Of a stretch of DNA of 64,000 bases, positions 45,752-55,690 are shown in pieces (the first letter of the stretch is position 1; each line of letters opens with the position of its first letter). The notes beneath the pieces are model-generated. The model was not told the DNA's origin, ran no database searches, and was given only the letters and a program-made list of their open reading frames with translations. A program made the translations under genes and the position numbers. This DNA comes from Candidatus Woesebacteria bacterium (GTDB lineage: Bacteria; Patescibacteriota; Microgenomatia; UBA8517): assembly GCA_013374855.1 (NCBI GenBank), contig CP055308.1, positions 272,715 to 336,714 of the forward strand. Direction: 5' to 3'.

Positions 45752-46680
45752 AATTTGGAGCCGATTCCACTGTAAAGTATTAGAAGGACTAGAATTACCC
45801 AAGTGGATGCAGAAATAAGAAGCGGAATGTCTGTAAGTATTACCTTTTCTGGCCCCTCGGTTTTTTCATCAAAGATTAACTTTTCATAGCGCATAATAGC
45901 AAAGATGACAAAGGGTATAGTTATCATTAAGAGTTTGTTTACAGTTATTGTCTTTGATATTTCTGCAAGCAATACCCACACTGGAAGAGAGATTCTTGGA
46001 GATTCAAAAAAAGTAAAAAGAGACCAGCTCATCCATGCTGCATTTCCAAACATAGTAACATATGAGTTTAGAAGCTCTCTTCGGTAATCAAGAAGTGCTG
46101 GTCGGGTATTAGTTTCTTTTGTCTGAGAGATGCTTAATTCTGCCCTTCTTTTACCTGACGCAAGGAAAAGTGATACAGATATTACACAAAGCAAGAACCA
46201 AACCGAAAGATGGGCATTTATTGCAAATGCCCCTCCATAAACTCTTAAGATAAATCCTGAGGCTATTATTATGATGTCAAGAACTGCTATTTTTTTAAAT
46301 ATGCTGCTGTAGAGAATTTGAATGATAAAATAGGCAATTATTGTGGTAATAAAAAGAGTTTCCAGCTTACTTGCAGTTGTAATTGCGGCAAGAAAGAAGA
46401 CTCCGCTTTCAAGAAGTGCTATTTGGGGTCTAAGTGCCCCAGAGGCTATTGGCCTTTTCTTTTTTATTGGATGAAGTCTGTCTTTTGGCGCGTCAAAAAT
46501 ATCGTTTATTATGTAGATGCTTGAAGAAACAAGGCAGAAAGATAAAAAAGCTATTATTGTTTTTTTCAGGTATCCTGGTACGAAGAGAGTTCCACTGAAA
46601 ACAAGAGCTGAAAAGACAGCTAAATTTTTTATCCAATGCAGAGGTCGCGCAACCTTTATTAGACTAGTTAGGGTCTTCAT
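45748..46680 (-). CDS. UbiA-family prenyltransferase (polyprenyl-phosphate phosphoribosyltransferase-like)
   Basis: RPLHWIKN, NDIFD..KDRLHP.KK.RPIASG, GFILRV, KRRAE. Confidence 0.88.
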   Translation of the reverse strand: MKTLTSLIKVARPLHWIKNLAVFSALVFSGTLFVPGYLKKTIIAFLSFCLVSSSIYIINDIFDAPKDRLHPIKKKRPIASGALRPQIALLESGVFFLAAITTASKLETLFITTIIAYFIIQILYSSIFKKIAVLDIIIIASGFILRVYGGAFAINAHLSVWFLLCVISVSLFLASGKRRAELSISQTKETNTRPALLDYRRELLNSYVTMFGNAAWMSWSLFTFFESPRISLPVWVLLAEISKTITVNKLLMITIPFVIFAIMRYEKLIFDEKTEGPEKVILTDIPLLISASTWVILVLLILYSGIGSKF

Positions 46681-47728
46681 TTTTATTACTCTTTGTCCAG
46701 AAACTAATACCTATTACAATCAAGACGATCCCTATTATAGTATAAATCTTTGTAGCACTATTCAAAATTAAAGAGAAAAGCCCCAGTATTAGAGCAGTTA
46801 TCCAATAGAATATTGCTACCTTTGCTTTAGACCAGCCTTTATCAAGCAGTTTGTGATGAAGATGGGTTCTGTCTCCCCATACAGGGGATTTACCTTTTGC
46901 GATTCGTCTTGTAATTACAAAAACAGTGTCGATAATAGGGATTCCCAATACTATTAGCAAAGTTCCTACCTTAGCGGTTGATAGTATTGAAAGAATGGCA
47001 AGCATATAGCCTCCAAGAGTTGACCCGGAATATCCGGGCATTATTTTTTGTGGGTAAAAGTTCCAAGGCAAAAAACCAAGATAAGCACCTGCAGTGATTC
47101 CTGCTAAGATTATTACGGGCCATTGAGTAATATCGGCTGAGAACCTTAAGGAAAGTAACCCGATGGTTAGTGCGGCAACAGCAACAACCCCCGGCAATTG
47201 TCCATCTACTCCTTTTGCTCCCATATTTACCATATTCATAATAAAAAATACCCAGAAAACCGTAAAACCAATAACTAGTGGTTTTATTTTTATGGCAACC
47301 CCACCATAGTTTATATTGAAGAAAAATTTATCAAGTTGGATCATACCTCCTAGGGGGTTGGAAATAAAATTAATACCAATTCCCCCCAAGGCTGGAATTA
47401 GTAGTGCAGATATTTGCAATAAAATTCTTAGGTATGGGTTAAGATTGTATTTGTCGTCTAGAAAACCGATTATGGCGATGAGAGTTGCCCCAAAAATTAT
47501 TAATTTAAGATAATAGTCTAGTGGTAGAAATAGAAGCGATGACATCACAATTGAGAAGTAAATAGGCAATCCGCCACCGCGTGGGACAGGATATGTATGT
47601 ATAACTTTAGGATGTTTGTGGTAACGAGGATCATCTACTATCCTTAATTTTTTGGCTAGTTTTATAGTTGGAGGTGTAGCTAAAAGGGCTATTATTGAGG
47701 AGGTTAAAATGTACTTTAATATGTCCAT
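46664..47728 (-). CDS. WecA/TagO-like polyprenyl-phosphate HexNAc-1-P transferase (MraY-like family)
   Basis: PRGGG, GFLDD, GVDG, NFYP.KIMPG, DRTHLHH. Confidence 0.88.
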   Translation of the reverse strand: MDILKYILTSSIIALLATPPTIKLAKKLRIVDDPRYHKHPKVIHTYPVPRGGGLPIYFSIVMSSLLFLPLDYYLKLIIFGATLIAIIGFLDDKYNLNPYLRILLQISALLIPALGGIGINFISNPLGGMIQLDKFFFNINYGGVAIKIKPLVIGFTVFWVFFIMNMVNMGAKGVDGQLPGVVAVAALTIGLLSLRFSADITQWPVIILAGITAGAYLGFLPWNFYPQKIMPGYSGSTLGGYMLAILSILSTAKVGTLLIVLGIPIIDTVFVITRRIAKGKSPVWGDRTHLHHKLLDKGWSKAKVAIFYWITALILGLFSLILNSATKIYTIIGIVLIVIGISFWTKSNKNEDPN

Positions 47729-47731
47729 TTT

Positions 47732-48130
47732 TTAAAAGGATCCGACTAATAGTATTATTTTAACAATGGCGATGGTGGAGAAAAAGTTGATTGGTATTAG
47801 TATGTAGGTTGAAATTTGTTTTACGAAATTGTTTGAACTTTTATTGCAGATGATAAAATTTAGAATAGTGAACAAAGTGGATAGTAATGCTGGTGTTGTT
47901 ATTAACCACCAAGGAGCAATTTGTCTTTCCCCTTCTGGCAGACCATAAAAGAGAGGGACTTCTGGTGGAATAAAATTTCTTGTTGCTAAAATTAGAGCAA
48001 TAAGAAAGATATTTATTAGAAGCGAAGCAAAAAAAATTTTTGTTTTACATCCATCTTTGTCTGTTTTTATATTGCTGGTCAATGCACTGAAGAAAATTGG
48101 TGCTTTTGTTTTGTTTTTTCTAAGATCCAT
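47732..48130 (-). CDS. Small membrane protein (VPLFY motif)
   Basis: Three TM segments; PPEVPLFYGLPEG. Confidence 0.6.
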   Translation of the reverse strand: MDLRKNKTKAPIFFSALTSNIKTDKDGCKTKIFFASLLINIFLIALILATRNFIPPEVPLFYGLPEGERQIAPWWLITTPALLSTLFTILNFIICNKSSNNFVKQISTYILIPINFFSTIAIVKIILLVGSF

Positions 48131-49607
48131 TTTGCTTGTTTGGCAGATAAAAGAATTTTACACCCTGGTTTTTGATTTCAGGGGGGTAAAGTCTAATGTA
48201 ATGACTTTCTGCAAAAATTTCCAGCTCAGGAAAGGATTCTGATTCTGGTAATATTACAATTGTTCTTGGTTTTTCCCGAAAAAGGTCTTCTATTAATTTT
48301 TCTTTAGTGTAAAAATCTTTGATGTGATATCCTGCAACATATTTTATGGGTGGAATCCTTTTTGATAGAGCATAAATTTGAGCTGAATCTTCCCAGACAA
48401 ATATGCGGTCCTTTTTGGAGGTTGACTCTCTTACTATCTGCGCAATTTTGTAATTTCTGTCTGTTCTGCTATCAAAATTGTTTATGTATGTTTTTTTGTC
48501 TATTTTGCCAACTGCAAACCTTAGGAAGTTTTCGTAAAAAGGAAGACTTGGATAATACCAGAATTTAAAGTAAAAAGGAACGAAAAAGAAAATGGTTAGC
48601 GGAATAATGGATAGGGTTTGCAAATAACTTTTTTCTGTAAAGAGTAGTCCAAAAAGGATAGAAACAGCAGGAATAGTTTGTACCAGGTAGTGTGGATAGG
48701 GTCTTTCTGAAAGTGTAGCGGCAAATAGTGTTAAAAAAAGCCAGCTAGTGATAAAAATAAATCTTTTATCCAATTTTTTTCTAAGAAGCATCAAGATGAT
48801 TATGGAAATTGAAAGAAAGATAAGTCTTAAAAGAAGTGGGCCGTTTTTGACAAAGAACGGAACCTGAGCTTTTGAAAGCCCTCGCCAAGAGGAAAGATAC
48901 CCCATGTTTTCTAAAAAAGCTGCTTTTATATAATCCAACAGTGCTCCTTTTGAGAAATACCAAATAAATGTAGCAAGAATTGGAAGTACTACTCCCAATA
49001 GAAAGATGGCGCTTTTAAAGATGGTTTCTTTTGTTTCTTTTACATTGATGTTTTTTTGAGAAATGAACCATAGAATAAAGATTGCTGGTATGTCAAAGAT
49101 GGCAGGTATTTTTAGAAGTGGAGCAAAGGAGAATATTATTCCTGCAAGAAGTATTTTTTTATAAGAGATGGTTTTTTGGGCAAGAATCCAGAATGCTGCT
49201 AAAGTTGGAGCAAGCATCAATATTTCTGAATTGACGATGTTTCCTTCCAGTAATGGTAGGTTTGTAAGAATTGAGAATATAATAACAGAAACCTTTTGGA
49301 GCGAATCTTTTTTTGGGAAAAGCCTCTTAACTAGTTTGTAAAAGATGAAAACAGAAAGAATGTTTGCAATAAGTAGTGAAACCTTAAACCAAAAGAGACT
49401 GCCGGTTATGGCGGCCAGAATGTAAATAAGTGGTGGTTTATTGTCGTGGATATCTTTGTAAAGAGTTAAGCCTTGTTTTATTCCTTCGCCTAAAGTTAGA
49501 TAAATTGTTTCATCACCATATGAGTATGGCATATAAAGAGTGGGCAATCTCACTATTAGTATTAGGAGGAATAAGAAAATTAGCCAATTTGGTAGATGCT
49601 TTTCCAT
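48120..49607 (-). CDS. GT-C fold (PMT/ArnT-like) glycosyltransferase
   Basis: GDETIY, LYKDIHDNKPPLIY, YPHY; multi-TM. Confidence 0.82.
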   Translation of the reverse strand: MEKHLPNWLIFLFLLILIVRLPTLYMPYSYGDETIYLTLGEGIKQGLTLYKDIHDNKPPLIYILAAITGSLFWFKVSLLIANILSVFIFYKLVKRLFPKKDSLQKVSVIIFSILTNLPLLEGNIVNSEILMLAPTLAAFWILAQKTISYKKILLAGIIFSFAPLLKIPAIFDIPAIFILWFISQKNINVKETKETIFKSAIFLLGVVLPILATFIWYFSKGALLDYIKAAFLENMGYLSSWRGLSKAQVPFFVKNGPLLLRLIFLSISIIILMLLRKKLDKRFIFITSWLFLTLFAATLSERPYPHYLVQTIPAVSILFGLLFTEKSYLQTLSIIPLTIFFFVPFYFKFWYYPSLPFYENFLRFAVGKIDKKTYINNFDSRTDRNYKIAQIVRESTSKKDRIFVWEDSAQIYALSKRIPPIKYVAGYHIKDFYTKEKLIEDLFREKPRTIVILPESESFPELEIFAESHYIRLYPPEIKNQGVKFFYLPNKQNGS

Positions 49608-49625
49608 CTCAATTTGTATTTAATT

Positions 49626-50993
49626 TTAATTGGTTTTTTCTAGCCAAACAACTTTTAAATCCCCAAAGCTTTTGTGTGAAGTTGCCTTGTAATTCTTGAT
49701 TTTAACTTCCTCTACTGGGCCACTCGTTATTGCCCCTATTTTCTGAAAGTTTCTGGGGATCTCTTTGATTATATCCTCGCTTTTCATCTGAGCGGTTCCC
49801 ACATAGTAGGGCAATTCACCACTGGGGTTGTAAATTGGGGCATCAATGCCATAGAATTTGCTTTCCCACAGGTGGTGCGCTGATGAGTTCCAGTTAATAA
49901 GGAAGGTTTCCTGTTTTGTTTCGCTTTTAAGGTAGCTGGACAACTCTCTGAAAGGCCTTTTTGTCGGATGGATAAAGTAATTGAAATCAATTATTACAAA
50001 GCAAATTATGATCAGAATTAAAATTAAGTTACTTACCCTTCTTCTATTTGATCCCAGAAGTATCATTGCTGCGGGAATAGTATAGAGGAGATAACGGTTA
50101 AAAAAAATTGATTGCATTTTTTGGGATACAAGCCATGTAACTATGATGGGTACCAGAAACCAAGATAGAAAAAATAGGCTTTTTTTAATATCTATGTTCC
50201 ATTTTCTTAATAGGAAGGCAGCTATAACCATATATAAAGATATGTTTCCTAATTCTTTGTTAATGAATGGTATCTTGACGGATGGATTTTTGATTCCTTC
50301 AGCTAAATATTCATAAATCAAATTCCGCAGATCAACAAAGGTTGGTTTCCCAAGCCAAAACCCGCTTGCTACCATTGTGGCCTGTTTGTATAACGGATAG
50401 ATCCATGGCAGATAAAGTAAGGCTGCCAATATCATTCCTTTTATTACCCTTGTTGCTCCGGTTTTGTTTCCTTTTAGAAATTCGATAAAGGTCCAAAAAA
50501 CTTGGGGAACTATTGAGAAAATTGCAAAGTGGTGTGAATATAAAGCCCAATCTAGGCTTAAGGTATAAGCTACTATTGTAATGTCCCCTTTTGTTTTTTT
50601 GTTTTTTTCACTTATTATTTTTAAGAAAAAGTAAATTGATGCAACAACACCAAGAGAGAGTATTGAATACATTCTTCCCTCAAAAGCGTAGGTGAAAAAG
50701 AATGGGTTTAGGAAGGAAAGTAAAGCGACAACGATGCCGGTTTTGTTGTCCCAGATGAGTTTGCCAATAAGGTAGATAAAAAATAAACAAGCAACAAAAT
50801 ATAAGAAAGAAAGGAGTCTTATAGACACTTCGCTTACTCCAAAAATTTTATACCAAAAGTGAAGGGTTAGATTATATAGGGGCGGTGATGTGTCTCTGAT
50901 TATTATTTTTATAATTTCAGTGGGAGAATTGGTAGAAAGCACGGCTGAAAAAGCCTCATCTCCCCAAAGACTGGCGTTAAACTGGTTGGTCAT
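49626..50993 (-). CDS. GT-C fold (PMT_2-like) glycosyltransferase
   Basis: LWGDEAFS, PPLY, EGRMY, RYL; multi-TM. Confidence 0.85.
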   Translation of the reverse strand: MTNQFNASLWGDEAFSAVLSTNSPTEIIKIIIRDTSPPLYNLTLHFWYKIFGVSEVSIRLLSFLYFVACLFFIYLIGKLIWDNKTGIVVALLSFLNPFFFTYAFEGRMYSILSLGVVASIYFFLKIISEKNKKTKGDITIVAYTLSLDWALYSHHFAIFSIVPQVFWTFIEFLKGNKTGATRVIKGMILAALLYLPWIYPLYKQATMVASGFWLGKPTFVDLRNLIYEYLAEGIKNPSVKIPFINKELGNISLYMVIAAFLLRKWNIDIKKSLFFLSWFLVPIIVTWLVSQKMQSIFFNRYLLYTIPAAMILLGSNRRRVSNLILILIIICFVIIDFNYFIHPTKRPFRELSSYLKSETKQETFLINWNSSAHHLWESKFYGIDAPIYNPSGELPYYVGTAQMKSEDIIKEIPRNFQKIGAITSGPVEEVKIKNYKATSHKSFGDLKVVWLEKTN

Positions 50994-51025
50994 TGATTAA
51001 TTTTAGCAAAAATAAGGAGAGGTTT

Positions 51026-52504
51026 TTATACTTTTTCTGTAACTTTATACTCTATGTATTTTCCAAGCATTAGTCTGGTGTGAGATTCTATACCTGGCAG
51101 AGCAGAAAGAAAGAATCCTACAATAGGCATAAGAACAAACTCAAATGGTATTAAAACCCTTTTTATCAGATTGAAGTTTTTAGGTATGGGAGGTTTGTAG
51201 TACCTGTCTATGAAAAGACTAATTGCCAAAAATGATAGGGCAAGAGTGAGAACAAATGATGAAATTTTTGGTACCATATAACCAAGTGAAGTTCTACCAA
51301 AAGCTGGGTTTATTATTGTGGGTAAAGTAAGCCCTATTGTTATGGTAAACCAGTTCACTGGCCAGAGAATATGTGCCCAGAGTGCATATATTAGTCTTGT
51401 TGTCTTAGAAAAAAAGGAAATTTCTTTGTGGGAGAAGTAATTTTTTATTATCCAAGGAAGGTCAGACACTCCCCATGCCCAACGTTTGTATTGTTCGTAT
51501 TGATTTTTTAGAGTTTTCCAAAACCCTACTGCTTGTGCAGCATCCACGTATATTGGTGTGTATATCGGTTCTACTTCTACCTGTCCTTTTTTTCTGAAAA
51601 ATGCTTTAAAGAAAATTCCCCAATCTTCTGGAATTTTATCCGGATCCCAGTACTCTGCGTCATCTAACAACTTGAAAGATAGAGAATAATTTTGTTGGTT
51701 AATTAATCTATCTTTTCTGGGAAGTTGTGCAAGATTCCAAATTGAACCCAGTGTATTTGTAACTCTTGTTAAAGCTGGTATTTCCCAAATGTTGTTGTAA
51801 AAAAGTATCGCCGGTTGCCAGAAGAAATTGTATCTTCTTGGGTTTTTTAGAAAAAGATATGTTAATTGGGAGAAATGTTCTGGATGGTATCTGTGATCAG
51901 CATCGCAACTTGTGACAATTATATTTTTAATATCCAGTTTTTTTGTTTTGATGTATTTATCTTTAAACCAAAGCGATGCATACCTTTCATTAGATGCCTT
52001 ACCCGCAACCTCACCCGGCATCAGTTGATGAACAGTAAAATGAAGAGCATTGAATTTTCCATTGAACTTTTTCTTTAGAATTCTTATTTTTTTCTTTCTT
52101 TCTTTTTCATCTTCTTTTTTTTCCATAGCAAGGATAATTATCATCTGTTTTTGCGGAAAGGTTTGATTGCAAAGTGATTCGAGAGTTCTTTCCAGAATGT
52201 GAAGAGGTTCTTTATAGGTAGGTATTATTACTAGGTTCTTTGTTTTTTTGAAACCTTCTAGTTTTTGGGCATCTTTCAGCCAATTATGTTTGGCTGCTGA
52301 CTGGATTTTTAAATGAGAGATGATTGCAGTTATTGCGATTTGCAACGATTGATAGAACCAATAAATATTGTAAGAAAGGATAAAAAAAGCTACGGTATTT
52401 GGGATTATAAATATTCCCCAGTAAGGAAAAAGAATTAGATTCCAGGAAACAAATCCGGGAAAAATCTCAAGTAATCTTTGCAGAATTTTTTCTTTTTTGG
52501 ACAT
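51026..52504 (-). CDS. Membrane GT2 family glycosyltransferase
   Basis: IPTYKE, GKASN, DAD, PED, QYKRW (QxxRW). Confidence 0.85.
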   Translation of the reverse strand: MSKKEKILQRLLEIFPGFVSWNLILFPYWGIFIIPNTVAFFILSYNIYWFYQSLQIAITAIISHLKIQSAAKHNWLKDAQKLEGFKKTKNLVIIPTYKEPLHILERTLESLCNQTFPQKQMIIILAMEKKEDEKERKKKIRILKKKFNGKFNALHFTVHQLMPGEVAGKASNERYASLWFKDKYIKTKKLDIKNIIVTSCDADHRYHPEHFSQLTYLFLKNPRRYNFFWQPAILFYNNIWEIPALTRVTNTLGSIWNLAQLPRKDRLINQQNYSLSFKLLDDAEYWDPDKIPEDWGIFFKAFFRKKGQVEVEPIYTPIYVDAAQAVGFWKTLKNQYEQYKRWAWGVSDLPWIIKNYFSHKEISFFSKTTRLIYALWAHILWPVNWFTITIGLTLPTIINPAFGRTSLGYMVPKISSFVLTLALSFLAISLFIDRYYKPPIPKNFNLIKRVLIPFEFVLMPIVGFFLSALPGIESHTRLMLGKYIEYKVTEKV

Positions 52505-52506
52505 TT

Positions 52507-53898
52507 TCAGCTCTCCAGTCGAGGGAAAAGGGGTTTTTTTATTTTTTTTACATTTCCTACAAAAGTTTCTTTTATTTTTTCTGCCGTTTCTGGCATGAAG
52601 AAAATTAAGTTTTCAGATAGGTTTATTATTTCTCTGATTATTTTTTTGATTAATTTTTCTTTTGTTTTTTCTTTTTCCCAGAGCCTGTTTTTATTAATCA
52701 AACCGTCTAGGTATGAGATTTTTCTCCAGAGAAAATCAAGCGCTTTATCAGCTCTGTAATTTTCCATATATTGGGATACCTTTTTATAAATTATTCCTTT
52801 TTCTTTTTTATCTATCTTTGTTTTGTAAATTTCCGCAAGCTTTGCCACTCGTGAGACTAAGTTGCCCAAACCATTAGCAAGCTCGGCGTTGTAAACAGAT
52901 TTTATTTTCTCTATTGAGATGTCTGAGTCAGCAATCAGGGGTCCGTACTTAAGGAAATAATATCTTATTGCATCTGTCCCGAAAATTTTTACCAATTCTG
53001 TTGGCCTTATTACATTTCCCTTTGATTTGGAAATTTTTTCTCCGTTTAAGGAAATAAAATTGTGGACAAGTATTGTCTTGGGTAGTTTATAACCTGAGCT
53101 TCTTAGCATTGCTGGCCAATAAATAGCATGGAATTTTAAATTGTCCTTTCCCAAGATGTGTACATCTGCGGGCCAGCATTTTTTTTGCAGTCCAAAAGTA
53201 AGATAGTTAATTAGAGCATCAAACCAGACATATATTGTTTGTGTTTTGTCATCAGGTACAGGAATTCCCCATCTAACATTTTTTCTTGATACAGAGAAAT
53301 CTGTCAGTCCTCTTTTGATGAAGGCAACAACTTCTTTTCTTTTTTCCTTAGGCCAAACAAAATCTGGATTTTCTTTTATGTGTTCTAGAAGAAAATCTTG
53401 GTACTTTGAAAGGCGGAAAAAATAATTTTCCTCTTTAATCTTCTGAAGTTTGAGGTGTGGGTGAAATGGGCACTTTTTGTTTTTAGTATCCTTTTTGTTA
53501 AGGAATGTTTCGCAACCTTCGCAATAAAATCCTTCATAAACACCTTTATAAATGTCTCCTCTTTTTTTTGCCTTTAGGTAAATTTTTTGTGCAAGTTCTA
53601 TGTGATCTTTGTCGGTGGTTCTTATGAATCTGTCGTATGAGATGTTTAGAGCCTTCCATTCGTTTTTGTCTTTTTGGACTATTTCATCGACAAACTCTTT
53701 CGGTTTTCGGCCTTGTTTTTCTGCACTTTTTTCCACTTTTTGTCCATGTTCATCAGTTCCTGTTAAGAAAAAAGTTTTATCTCCAATTCTTCGATGATAT
53801 CTGGCTAGGGCGTCTGCCATTATTTTTTGATAAGCATGACCAATGTGAATTACGTCGTTAGTGTAGTCAATGGCTGTTGTTATATAGAACTTTTTCAT
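52507..53898 (-). CDS. metG: Methionine--tRNA ligase (short form)
   Basis: FYITTAIDY, HIGH, GTDEHG, YVWFDAL, GKD...FH, KISKS. Confidence 0.96.
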   Translation of the reverse strand: MKKFYITTAIDYTNDVIHIGHAYQKIMADALARYHRRIGDKTFFLTGTDEHGQKVEKSAEKQGRKPKEFVDEIVQKDKNEWKALNISYDRFIRTTDKDHIELAQKIYLKAKKRGDIYKGVYEGFYCEGCETFLNKKDTKNKKCPFHPHLKLQKIKEENYFFRLSKYQDFLLEHIKENPDFVWPKEKRKEVVAFIKRGLTDFSVSRKNVRWGIPVPDDKTQTIYVWFDALINYLTFGLQKKCWPADVHILGKDNLKFHAIYWPAMLRSSGYKLPKTILVHNFISLNGEKISKSKGNVIRPTELVKIFGTDAIRYYFLKYGPLIADSDISIEKIKSVYNAELANGLGNLVSRVAKLAEIYKTKIDKKEKGIIYKKVSQYMENYRADKALDFLWRKISYLDGLINKNRLWEKEKTKEKLIKKIIREIINLSENLIFFMPETAEKIKETFVGNVKKIKKPLFPRLES

Positions 53899-53917
53899 AA
53901 TGATTTGTTTGAAGAAA

Positions 53918-54274
53918 TTAACTATTGCCGGTTATTTTTTTTATTTTTCGAGCCCAAACTTCTGCCCATTCTTCAGCTTCTATTTTCTTAAGTGCCAGCT
54001 GGAATCCCTGTTTTTTGGCAAGATTTGATATTTCTGCAATTGTAGCAGATGATGCTTTTAGGTTTTGTTTTATATTTGAGTAAGATCTCCCCTTCTTTAG
54101 CCAGTATGCTATAGCAAGTCTCTTTGCGAAAACTTCGATTTCGGTTTCTTCAAAAAAACCTTGGATGAAGGCAAGTGCTTCTTCTTGGTTTTTAATATCG
54201 GCTATTACTTGAGCAAAAGTTTTTATAAGTTCCTTTTTAAGAGTAGGATTAATTTGTTTTTTGGTTATTCTCAT
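53918..54274 (-). CDS. TrpR-like YerC/YecD HTH protein
   Basis: E.....KRLAIA..L..G.SY..I...L.ASSATI. Confidence 0.8.
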   Translation of the reverse strand: MRITKKQINPTLKKELIKTFAQVIADIKNQEEALAFIQGFFEETEIEVFAKRLAIAYWLKKGRSYSNIKQNLKASSATIAEISNLAKKQGFQLALKKIEAEEWAEVWARKIKKITGNS

Positions 54275-54326
54275 GGTTCTTTTGAATAAATTATCTAAAA
54301 CTAGTATATCAGAAACTCTTTTTGAG

Positions 54327-54749
54327 TCAATTGTTTAATAGTTTGTAAATAATTGCCGCCATAATTATTGGCAGATAAATAGGGTAAATTATTCCTAAGT
54401 ATCTTAGGAAAAGGTAAACAGAAAACACAAGCGATATCAGAAAACCCTTTTTTGCGTCTATTAGAGTTACAGATAGGAACATTCCGAATAGAGTAAAAAA
54501 AAGAATGAGAAAAATGATTACTATTAGGTTGTTTTGTGGAGGGATTTTAAAAAGTATAAAAGCAAGGGCAAAAAAATTTAGAGTTATGATAATCAGTGTA
54601 GGAAGATAATTTTTTCTTATTTTTCTTTTTATTTCTTTAGGTTTTCTCCTTTTGGGTATTAGTATTTTTTCAAAACGGGTGCTAGAATATCTAAGACTTT
54701 TCTTTTTCTTGAATATGGAATTAAATGTATTTTTGATTTTAGTAAGCAT
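54327..54749 (-). CDS. Small multi-TM hypothetical protein (start uncertain)
   Basis: Four hydrophobic segments after a basic N-terminus; the longer ORF-track version overlaps rmuC antisense. Confidence 0.5.
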   Translation of the reverse strand: MLTKIKNTFNSIFKKKKSLRYSSTRFEKILIPKRRKPKEIKRKIRKNYLPTLIIITLNFFALAFILFKIPPQNNLIVIIFLILFFTLFGMFLSVTLIDAKKGFLISLVFSVYLFLRYLGIIYPIYLPIIMAAIIYKLLNN

Positions 54750-55686
54750 TTCTTTCTTGGTGGCTACTTTCATTATAAACAAAAAACTTTCTGAAATTCT
54801 AAAAAAATCGTCTCCTTCAGAGGAATTACTTGAGTATTTGCGCACCACCAACGCCCGTCTTGATAAGCAAAATGAATCTTTAAACATCTCAACCCGTGCA
54901 CTAAACGAGCGATTGGACAAAGCTGCTCAAGTTATATCTTCGGTTAGAGAAAGCATTGTACAAGTTAGTGAAATTGGAAGAAGCATGAAGGAACTTCAAG
55001 AATTTATCAGCTCGCCAAAGCTGAGAGGAAATTTGGGAGAACATGTTCTAAAGGAGATATTGGGTCAGTTTTTACCTAAAAATTCTTTCAATTTGCAATA
55101 TACTTTCAAGACTGGCGACAAAGTTGATGCGGCGATAAGAACGCAAGCTGGGATTGTCCCTATTGATTCAAAATTCCCGATGGAGAATTTTAGAAAAATG
55201 ATGTCGACTGAGGGCGAGGAGAAAGATCACTTTGCCAGTCTTTTTGAGAAGGATGTCAAAAAGCACATAGACACTATTTCCAAAAAGTATATTTTGACAG
55301 AGGAGGGAACGATTGATTATGCACTAATGTATATCCCATCTGAAGCTGTTTATTATGAGGTAGTTAACAATCCTTCTCTTTTTGAATATGCTTCGGAAAA
55401 AAGGGTTTTACCTGTTTCTCCAACAACTTTTTATGCATACATTAAGGCAATACTTATGAGTTTTGAAGGCCAAAAGATAGAGGAGGAGGCAAAAAGAATC
55501 CTTTTGTCCCTAAAAGCTATAAAAAGAGATTATGATAAGGTAGAGAGCGAGCTGTCTGTTTTACAAAGGCACATTGTCAATTCTTTTAATATGATAGGAA
55601 ATGTAATGTCTTCTTTTGTTCGTATGGGGCAGAAAATCAGTCTTACTCAAAGTTTGGGTGAAAAAAGAAAGGAACTGCCTTCTTGA
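54715..55686 (+). CDS. rmuC: DNA recombination protein RmuC
   Basis: N-terminal TM and coiled coil; RGNLGE..L, IDSKFP, ALMYIPSEAVY, VSPTT. Confidence 0.92.
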   Translation: MELNVFLILVSISFLVATFIINKKLSEILKKSSPSEELLEYLRTTNARLDKQNESLNISTRALNERLDKAAQVISSVRESIVQVSEIGRSMKELQEFISSPKLRGNLGEHVLKEILGQFLPKNSFNLQYTFKTGDKVDAAIRTQAGIVPIDSKFPMENFRKMMSTEGEEKDHFASLFEKDVKKHIDTISKKYILTEEGTIDYALMYIPSEAVYYEVVNNPSLFEYASEKRVLPVSPTTFYAYIKAILMSFEGQKIEEEAKRILLSLKAIKRDYDKVESELSVLQRHIVNSFNMIGNVMSSFVRMGQKISLTQSLGEKRKELPS

Positions 55687-55690
55687 GAAT

